From the IMG/VR virus record IMGVR_UViG_3300030376_000853, positions 1-43,404 of that record: DNA of 43,404 nucleotides; one strand, given 5' to 3'. The notes beneath the pieces were generated by a model. The model saw nothing but the letters and a program-made list of their open reading frames with translations. It ran no database searches and was not told the DNA's origin. Both the position numbers and the translations under genes were made by a program. Every line of letters begins with the position of its first letter. Position 1 is the first letter of the stretch. This document shows positions 36,464-43,404 of the stretch, piece by piece. Origin of the DNA: a virus (taxonomy: Duplodnaviria; Caudoviricetes).

Positions 36464-38434
36464 ATTTCTAGTATAAGAGAGTTAGAGAGTAACGAAGTAA
36501 AGCACTCTGAAGTTAATAGACAACTTTGGAGACAATGGAAGGATGCAAGAGCTGATTGGGATGTAGAGGCTCGTGATGCAGTAGACTTCTTCCTAGGTAA
36601 TCATTACTCACAAGAAGAATCAGATGCTTTAAGAGCAGTAGGTCAAGGAGACTTTGTCATTGATAGGGTTTATGCCGCTATTGAAAAGCTTAAGTCTTTA
36701 CTTACTTCTCGTTCTCCTAAGTATAGTGCAGTTGGTAGAGAGGATTCAGATAGTAGAATGTCTAATGTCTGGAGAACTTTACTAGAGTATGTATGGGATA
36801 TATCTGATGGAGATACTCAGTTTAAACAAGCTGTGCACGATTATGCTACTGCAGGTATGGGTTACTTTTATTCTTATATAGACCCAGAAGCAGATTACGG
36901 AAGAGGAGAGGTTAAGATTACATATATAGACCCATTCCGTGTTTACATAGACCCTGCATCTAGGAATAGATATGCTGACGATGCTTCAGGTATTATCTTA
37001 TCTACTATTCTTACTGAAGACCAACTTATTAATATGTACCCTCAAGTTGAGCCTGTAATAGATGACCTAGAGTCTTATTATGATGAAGAAGATTATCCAT
37101 CTTCTGGTAAAAGAAATAGCTCTAAGTCCTTTACACCTGATAGTACATATGAATCTGAGTACAATAGAGTTAATAAGTATAGAATACTAGAAAGATTTAC
37201 AAAGGTTAAAGTACCTTTTTATCGTATATTTAACAAACAAGATGGCTCTGAATCTATATTAGATATAGATAAGTACGAAAGATTTTTACAAAATGAACAA
37301 GCACAGCTACTAATGAAAGCAGGTATGATAGAAATAGTAGAGGTAGTGCAAACAAGAATTAAAGTCACAGCAACTGCTGGTGACATTTTACTGTATGAAC
37401 AAATATTAAATACAGATATATATCCTATTATTCCAGTTCCTAATATATGGACTGGTACACCATATCCAAAGTCTGATATATCTAAAGTTAAAGATTCACA
37501 AAGACTTTTGAATAAGCTTTTCTCTCTCACCCTCTCGCACGCTCAGGCTTCTGCTGGACTTAAGTTACTAGTCCCAGAAGGGAGCGTAGATGATTTGGGG
37601 CAGCTAGAACAGGACTGGGCAAAACCCAACGCAGTAATACCTTATAATCCTGAATTCGGTGCACCGCACTTCCCTGCCCCACAATCACTCTCAAATGAGT
37701 TCTATAACCTAATAAGTAGAATAGAACATTATATAGATTTGAGTATGGGTATACCTGAATTAATGCAGGGATTTAGAGAAGGTGCTCCTGAGACAGTAAG
37801 AGGAACTGCGATGCTTGCCGAAATGGGTGAGACTCGTGGTAAATCTAAGCTTAGGGATATAGAAGGAAGTTTGACTAGGTTAGGTCGTAATGTTTACAAC
37901 TTAGCTAAGGGTCATTATACTTACGCAAAGACGTTTAGAATCATACAACCAAATAATGATATTACTGAATATACAGTTAATATGTATGATAATAAAAGTC
38001 AGGAACTTAATGCCATACAAAATGACATCACGATAGGGCATTATGATGTGAGAATCATATCCGGTTCAACTTTGCCATCAAACAGGGTAGCAGAATATAA
38101 TATGTACCTTGAGGCGTTTAAGATGAATCTGGTAGACGATGTCGAGGTTTTAAAGAAAACTGAAATCTTTGACAAACAAGGTGTCTTACAGCGAAAGGGA
38201 CAAATGTCTCAGTTGCAATCTTATGTACAACAATTAGAAGCTCAAGTTAAGAAACTTAGTGGAGACCTTCAAACCGCAGAGCGTGAAGCAGTAAGCTCAA
38301 GGAAGAGGACAGAAACTGAGAAGTTCAAAAGCAGGCTTAATGAGATTCAAAATGATACTAAGTTTAAAACTAAAGTACAGGTTGATAATCTAAAAAGAAT
38401 AGTTGACACAGAAGAAGGAGCTGTAAGAAATTGA
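36464..38434 (+). CDS. Portal protein, P22-like; probable ATT start
   Basis: Frame is open from 36449 and encodes the portal N-terminus (W...A.....F..G.HY...); KD.QR..NK motif and C-terminal barrel coiled coil; first ATG is only at 36758. Confidence 0.88.
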   Translation: MSSIRELESNEVKHSEVNRQLWRQWKDARADWDVEARDAVDFFLGNHYSQEESDALRAVGQGDFVIDRVYAAIEKLKSLLTSRSPKYSAVGREDSDSRMSNVWRTLLEYVWDISDGDTQFKQAVHDYATAGMGYFYSYIDPEADYGRGEVKITYIDPFRVYIDPASRNRYADDASGIILSTILTEDQLINMYPQVEPVIDDLESYYDEEDYPSSGKRNSSKSFTPDSTYESEYNRVNKYRILERFTKVKVPFYRIFNKQDGSESILDIDKYERFLQNEQAQLLMKAGMIEIVEVVQTRIKVTATAGDILLYEQILNTDIYPIIPVPNIWTGTPYPKSDISKVKDSQRLLNKLFSLTLSHAQASAGLKLLVPEGSVDDLGQLEQDWAKPNAVIPYNPEFGAPHFPAPQSLSNEFYNLISRIEHYIDLSMGIPELMQGFREGAPETVRGTAMLAEMGETRGKSKLRDIEGSLTRLGRNVYNLAKGHYTYAKTFRIIQPNNDITEYTVNMYDNKSQELNAIQNDITIGHYDVRIISGSTLPSNRVAEYNMYLEAFKMNLVDDVEVLKKTEIFDKQGVLQRKGQMSQLQSYVQQLEAQVKKLSGDLQTAEREAVSSRKRTETEKFKSRLNEIQNDTKFKTKVQVDNLKRIVDTEEGAVRN

Positions 38435-38524
38435 AAACAGAAGTAGTGGGGACATTTCCACGGTTCTGCTTTTATGGACATCTGCAAAAGGTGATGCTAA
38501 TAATAAAAGAAATCGAGGAATAAA

Positions 38525-39289
38525 ATGGAAGACGCTATGAACGGAGACGCTAACACAATAGAAGGTGTGGAAGGTCAAGTTTTAGAACAAGTTGTTGAGC
38601 CGGAACAAGTAGGAGGTCAACCTGCAGAGCAGGGATATGAACAGCCTATTGATGATGCTAAGAAGTTTCAGTCAATGTATGACAAGAAATCAGCAGACTA
38701 TGAAAAGCTTAATAATGAAGTCGAGGAACTTCGAAAGTATCAACAGTTAGGTAAAGTATTAGAACAAAGACCAGACGTTGTTGAGGCTATGAGAAACACT
38801 TTAAGTGGAAGCAAAACAGTAGAAGAGCAACCTAAACAAGAGCAACTCAGTGAAGATGCTTTTGACCCGTGGGAAGCTTACTACAAACCCGGTTCACCTT
38901 CATATGAAATGAGGGTAAGCCAAGAAAAGAATCTTGTGAATAATGCTGTTCAAGAACAGTTCTCAGGATTACAGAAACAGATGGCTCTTAATAACTTAAA
39001 ACAAGACCTTACCACTAAGTACGGGTTTGAAGACCCTGCGATGGCTGATGACTTTATACAATTCGCAACAAATCCTAGGGATGAACTTCCTATTGAAATG
39101 TTAGTTGATGTATATAGAAAGTATAAGGGAGGAGAACAAAAAGTTTCTCCTAACTTAGAAGCTGTTCAAAGAACTCAGAAGATTGCACCTACGGCTGGCG
39201 TCGTACAAGGTGCTAACCCTGAGCAACCCAATGAATTAGATAGTGTATGGTCTGGAGTTATGGGAGTATCTAATAGAAAACAATATTAA
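38525..39289 (+). CDS. Capsid scaffolding protein
   Basis: Acidic coiled coil between portal and capsid; GAGG RBS. Confidence 0.75.
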   Translation: MEDAMNGDANTIEGVEGQVLEQVVEPEQVGGQPAEQGYEQPIDDAKKFQSMYDKKSADYEKLNNEVEELRKYQQLGKVLEQRPDVVEAMRNTLSGSKTVEEQPKQEQLSEDAFDPWEAYYKPGSPSYEMRVSQEKNLVNNAVQEQFSGLQKQMALNNLKQDLTTKYGFEDPAMADDFIQFATNPRDELPIEMLVDVYRKYKGGEQKVSPNLEAVQRTQKIAPTAGVVQGANPEQPNELDSVWSGVMGVSNRKQY

Positions 39290-39303
39290 CTAAGGAGTAC
39301 TAA

Positions 39304-40620
39304 ATGAGTACATACAATTCAGGAATTGTAAATGTTGGAACTCCGGGTTCAGCCGCTAGCGGTTATCATACTCGGAGACTTTTCAACTTCTCAGACCGTG
39401 TTGCTGACTTAGCCCCAGATGAATCTCCATTCTTCGTATATCTTTCAAAGGTAGCTAAAGTCCCTACGGATGACCCACAATTCCGATTTTTAGAAGATAG
39501 AACTAAAATCTCTATGACAGACCGTTCTTTCTTAATTAAAGGTGAAGAAACAATTCCAGCGGCTGGTTCTTCTTTAACTTATAACGTAGATTCTGGAGGA
39601 GCTTCAGTTGATTGGCTTATCAAAGGAATGGTTTTTGTTATAGGTCAAGAAAATAGTAATGTGTCAGACCCTGTTATTGTTAGAATAGAATCAAACCCTA
39701 TAGATAATGGTACTGATACTAGCTTTACTGGTAAAACAATATCTGGTGCTGATGCAGGTGGAACTGTTGATGATGCAAAATGTACTGTTATAGGAACATC
39801 TTTTTCTGAAGGCTCAGGTTCACCTGACGTTTTTTCAGAAGAGCTTGATAATGATTTTGGTCTTACCCAAATCTTCAAAACAGCTTGTGAAATGTCTAAT
39901 ACAGCTAGAGCAACCAGATACCGTGGTTACGAAGATGAGTTTCAAAGAATTTGGAATCTTAAATTACGTGAGCATAAAGTAGACATCGAAAGAGCTATGC
40001 TTTTTGGTCAACGTGCAACTGTTGGTGGAATACAATACTCAGAAGGTATTGCAGGTCATATATTAGCAAATGGAACAGCAGTTACTGGAACAAACGATTT
40101 GGCTTATACTGCAGGAGCTCCATATTTCAGAAGTGCTACAGCATCTGAACTAACATACGATAGAATCTTATCTGATTTTGAAGTTGTTTACGACCCAGCT
40201 CGTGGTGGTTCAGATTCTAAATTAGCTCTTGCTAGTTTACCTGTAATTACTTTCTTTAATAAACTTGGCTCTACATCTTTTATAGACCAGTCTATTGGAA
40301 ATGAATTAAGATACAACATTGAAAAAACTGAAGGTTCTTTTGGACATACAGTTCTTCAAGTTGAAACTATTCACGGTACAATGAACCTAGTTAAAGAACC
40401 TTTATTTAGAGGTTTTTCTTCTGGTTTTTTATGTATGGTTGATATGGATAATGTAGCTTATAGACCATTAGTAGGTAACGGTGTTAATCGTGATACTCAA
40501 ATTATGACTAACGTTCAGTCTGCTGATGAAGACCTTCGTAAAGATATGATTATGACTGAGGCTGGATTAGAAGTTTCTCTTCCTGAAAGTCATATGTTAA
40601 TTCAATTACAAGGAGTTTAA
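39304..40620 (+). CDS. Major capsid protein (HK97 fold, SU10/DUF5309-like)
   Basis: L.P.E.PF, N...TQIFK, HK.DIERA.LFG, E.GLEV; AAGGAG RBS. Confidence 0.88.
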   Translation: MSTYNSGIVNVGTPGSAASGYHTRRLFNFSDRVADLAPDESPFFVYLSKVAKVPTDDPQFRFLEDRTKISMTDRSFLIKGEETIPAAGSSLTYNVDSGGASVDWLIKGMVFVIGQENSNVSDPVIVRIESNPIDNGTDTSFTGKTISGADAGGTVDDAKCTVIGTSFSEGSGSPDVFSEELDNDFGLTQIFKTACEMSNTARATRYRGYEDEFQRIWNLKLREHKVDIERAMLFGQRATVGGIQYSEGIAGHILANGTAVTGTNDLAYTAGAPYFRSATASELTYDRILSDFEVVYDPARGGSDSKLALASLPVITFFNKLGSTSFIDQSIGNELRYNIEKTEGSFGHTVLQVETIHGTMNLVKEPLFRGFSSGFLCMVDMDNVAYRPLVGNGVNRDTQIMTNVQSADEDLRKDMIMTEAGLEVSLPESHMLIQLQGV

Positions 40621-40622
40621 TA

Positions 40623-41042
40623 ATGGCTAGAGCAAGTTACTTAGAACAGAATAGTGGTTCTTTTTTAGAGGGAACTGCTGTAAAAGCAAACCACGTAGAA
40701 TACCATAGTGCGGCTGTTACATTAGATAATGCCGCAGATGTAGGTGGAGTACACATAATTGATAAAGCTGATGTTGTTGTGACCCTACCTGCTGTAGCTA
40801 CAGGTCTTGAGTATAAGTTAGTTCTTGGTGTAGATCTAGGTGCGGCAGAGTACTTAAGACTAGACCCTAATGCAAGTGATAAATTTTTAGGTGGTTGTGG
40901 TAAAGCTGCATCTACCGATGGAAAATATATCGGATGCACAGGAGCTAAAAAAGGTGCAGTTATTTCTGTTAAATATGGAACAGCCGATGGTTGGTACATA
41001 AAAGAAATGGATGATGCCTCAGTTTGGACTTATCAGTCTTAA
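40623..41042 (+). CDS. Probable capsid decoration/minor head protein
   Basis: VTLPA...GLEY beta motif; follows the capsid gene and precedes a hairpin. Confidence 0.55.
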   Translation: MARASYLEQNSGSFLEGTAVKANHVEYHSAAVTLDNAADVGGVHIIDKADVVVTLPAVATGLEYKLVLGVDLGAAEYLRLDPNASDKFLGGCGKAASTDGKYIGCTGAKKGAVISVKYGTADGWYIKEMDDASVWTYQS

Positions 41043-41054
41043 TAGTTAAATAGG

Positions 41055-41088
41055 AATGTGGGGGTGTCTACTAAGATACCCCCTCATT
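41055..41088 (+). terminator. Hairpin after the capsid/decoration genes
   Basis: GGGGGTGTC-N6-GATACCCCC; weak T-tract. Confidence 0.55.
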
Positions 41089-41096
41089 ATGTAAAT

Positions 41097-41342
41097 ATGA
41101 AGTGTATAAAATGTAATGCCCCAAATCCAAAGCAATGGTTTTACTGCAAAAAATGTGGAAGTAGAGCTTCTAAACCTATATATACAACTAATATGTTTAT
41201 GCAAAGTGAGATTGGCAAAAGAAGTGATATAGAATTTTCAGAAGTTAGTATGGATAGTCATATAAATAAACTAAATAAAGATAAGAGAAGTAAAAGTCAA
41301 AAATTTTGGAATGAAAAAGTTAGGCAAGCAGGTGCTGTTTAA
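41097..41342 (+). CDS. Zinc-ribbon protein
   Basis: MKCIKC...FYCKKCG; ATG 41097 preferred because the track start lies in the hairpin. Confidence 0.65.
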   Translation: MKCIKCNAPNPKQWFYCKKCGSRASKPIYTTNMFMQSEIGKRSDIEFSEVSMDSHINKLNKDKRSKSQKFWNEKVRQAGAV

Positions 41343-41935
41343 TGGCTAACTTTGACGTACAGATACAAGATATTATAGGTACATTTAGCGACCAAACAGC
41401 TATGGATGATTTTATGACTGCTGGATGTAAAGAAATTATAAACGCCTTACCTCCTCAGTTGTTATTAAAGTGTGCTGATATTTCTACATTAGATAACAGC
41501 ACTACTACTTTAACAAATTTAGATACCAAGGGACTAGTGTTGGATGTTCTTAGATACGATGGAACTATAGACCATCCTTGTAGGTTAGTACCTGTTTATA
41601 AAAGAGGCAGGATACAAGACGCTTCTGATATGGAAGTAGCAAGTACTACAGACCCAGCATATTTAATATTCGATAATACATTAGAGGTTTATCCGACCCC
41701 TACTGCTGGGAATACAGCAAAAGTTCATCACGTTATATACCCTACCGTAGATGCAAGTAATGTTTCTACGATAGCTAACTTCCCAGATGAAGCTGAGTAC
41801 TTAGTAGTATTATATGCTTGTATAAAAGCAGTTCAACAATTATTAGCTACAGAAGAAGATATAGAATTGTATAATCCTATGTTAGCTCAATTAAAAGATG
41901 ATTATAGTAAAGGACTAGCACAGCTAGTAAACTAA
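41342..41935 (+). CDS. Head-tail adaptor-like protein
   Basis: LEVYPTP and FP.E...LVVLYA motifs; position after the head genes. Confidence 0.6.
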   Translation: MANFDVQIQDIIGTFSDQTAMDDFMTAGCKEIINALPPQLLLKCADISTLDNSTTTLTNLDTKGLVLDVLRYDGTIDHPCRLVPVYKRGRIQDASDMEVASTTDPAYLIFDNTLEVYPTPTAGNTAKVHHVIYPTVDASNVSTIANFPDEAEYLVVLYACIKAVQQLLATEEDIELYNPMLAQLKDDYSKGLAQLVN

Positions 41936-41936
41936 T

Positions 41937-42305
41937 ATGGCAGTACATTCAATAAGTGTAAAAGAATTAATAAGTCGAGTAAGACTTGTATTCCCAGATG
42001 CTCCTGAAGCTTATATTATGAATTTAATTAATGATGCTTTAGTAGAAATAGGAATGTTTAAAACAAAAGTTGTTCACGCTAAAATAAATGCAGTTGCAAA
42101 TCAAATGTATTATGACCTATCAGATGGCTCTAGAGATGGGGCTCAGGGAATGACCTCTGATGATAAATCATTAGAGGTTAATCATATACTAAGAGTTTAC
42201 CTGATGGATAGTGAGGGAGACTATATACAAATACCTAGGCTACTTGATAAGAATTTATTATTAGCTGACGCAACAAGTGAAGGCAAAATAAACGCACCGG
42301 ATTAA
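41937..42305 (+). CDS. Head completion/adaptor-like protein
   Basis: ELISRVR...LINDAL helical N-terminus. Confidence 0.55.
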   Translation: MAVHSISVKELISRVRLVFPDAPEAYIMNLINDALVEIGMFKTKVVHAKINAVANQMYYDLSDGSRDGAQGMTSDDKSLEVNHILRVYLMDSEGDYIQIPRLLDKNLLLADATSEGKINAPD

Positions 42306-42307
42306 TT

Positions 42308-42739
42308 ATGGCAAGCAATATTAAATACCCAGAAAATGATGCAATGTATTTTATAGAAGGAGATGCATTAGCGTTAATAACTAAAGTAGATTCATCTGGT
42401 AATGGGAGAACTACAGCAAGAAAACAATTTAAAGCAATAGCAGAATCTGTAACTAATGGTATATTGATACATTACTATGCAGAACCAAATAGCGTAACAG
42501 CTATAACAGATAACTTAGATATAGATAATGCACTTGAGCTTTCTGTAGTAGACTACGTTAAGAAATGTTTATACATGGATAAGGCTGGTAAGACTGCAGA
42601 CCCTAATGTTATGCAAGCGTCAATGGCTATGGCGACTAAGCACGAAAGAAATTTTAAAGAAGCTATACAGAGGTATGGTGTCCGTAAAAAGGATAAGACT
42701 GGTGGTTCAAGAGCCGTCAAAGTACCTAATTTAGTTTAA
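42308..42739 (+). CDS. Head completion/adaptor-like protein
   Basis: 143 aa in the structural operon. Confidence 0.5.
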   Translation: MASNIKYPENDAMYFIEGDALALITKVDSSGNGRTTARKQFKAIAESVTNGILIHYYAEPNSVTAITDNLDIDNALELSVVDYVKKCLYMDKAGKTADPNVMQASMAMATKHERNFKEAIQRYGVRKKDKTGGSRAVKVPNLV

Positions 42740-42787
42740 CCAATATAGAGGCTTTTAAAGCGGTGGTGGAGGAATATAGGATAAACA

Positions 42788-43404
42788 ATGTCAGACATAA
42801 ATAAATTTACAACAAAAGAAGTTCTTAACAAAGTTCTTCTAAACTCTTCAGGTAATGCAGTTAATGCATTTTCTCACACAACACAGGAAGCCTTCAATGC
42901 GGCTTTGGATGATGCTAACAGTAGGTTAAACGTAAACCTTGTAGGTGGTACTATAGGGGGTGATGTAACTATTACTGGTGACTTAACTGTTAATGGTGAT
43001 GGCTCACTATCTTTTGATGAGATAATTCAAGGTACACAAGTAATTGATGTAACCAATACAGAGGCTTTATTAGTTCGCAAGAATGGTGATGGTGGAGATG
43101 TCTTTGTTGTGGATACTACTAATTCACGAGTAGGCATAGGAACTAGTTCTCCAGTAGCTACTCTCCATTGCTCAGATGATGGTTCTGCTAATGGAATTAT
43201 GTCAAATCAAATTGTCAGAATAACTCCATCTGATGGAAACAATGGAATAAATATAGGCTCAGACGGCACAGATGGGATGATTGGTGTAACTAATAATGAT
43301 ACTGATTTACATTTCTTGTCAAGAACTGGTGGAGTGTATTCTAAAGCTATGACTATTGATGGAGCAACAGGAAACATCGGTATAGGAACTGCTTCTCCAT
43401 CAGT
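42788..43404 (+). CDS. Tail fibre N-terminal part (3'-truncated; not in the ORF track)
   Basis: ATG 42788 MSDINKFTTKEVLNKV..., open to the window end; VGIGTSSP and GNIGIGTASP fibre repeats. Confidence 0.85.
   Translation, partial: MSDINKFTTKEVLNKVLLNSSGNAVNAFSHTTQEAFNAALDDANSRLNVNLVGGTIGGDVTITGDLTVNGDGSLSFDEIIQGTQVIDVTNTEALLVRKNGDGGDVFVVDTTNSRVGIGTSSPVATLHCSDDGSANGIMSNQIVRITPSDGNNGINIGSDGTDGMIGVTNNDTDLHFLSRTGGVYSKAMTIDGATGNIGIGTASPS

Noticed and set aside
38435-38524. Known riboswitch (c-di-GMP or fluoride)
   Set aside because: Only short GCAAA and GGTGATG resemblances; the required paired consensus is absent

Overview
The window is an almost complete, AT-rich genome of a tailed dsDNA phage, probably podovirus-like and lytic. 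It is linearised inside the tail-fibre gene: the N-terminus is at the right end and the C-terminus at the left end. The + strand late arm runs 32.4 kb to the end and continues at 1-18.5 kb. It carries a metallophosphoesterase, TerS, a gamma-glutamylcyclotransferase, TerL, a P22-like portal, scaffold, major capsid, adaptors, tail fibre with a Peptidase_S74 chaperone, a lysis region with an M15 endolysin and hyperbasic small proteins, tail proteins and internal virion proteins ending in an ADP-ribosyltransferase-like protein. The - strand early/middle arm (31.0 to 18.5 kb) carries small early genes, an amidoligase / class II glutamine amidotransferase / amidoligase operon whose enzymes bear CxxC zinc modules, a Cas4-like nuclease, Rad52/Sak annealing protein, SSB-like protein, HTH protein, Hjc-like resolvase, DnaD-like protein and DnaB helicase. 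I found no DNA polymerase, primase, integrase, tRNA or CRISPR array. The best candidate for a poorly described system is the early dual-amidoligase/GATase 'writer' operon with a separately located late GGCT 'eraser'. All family calls are from motif recognition by eye, not database searches.
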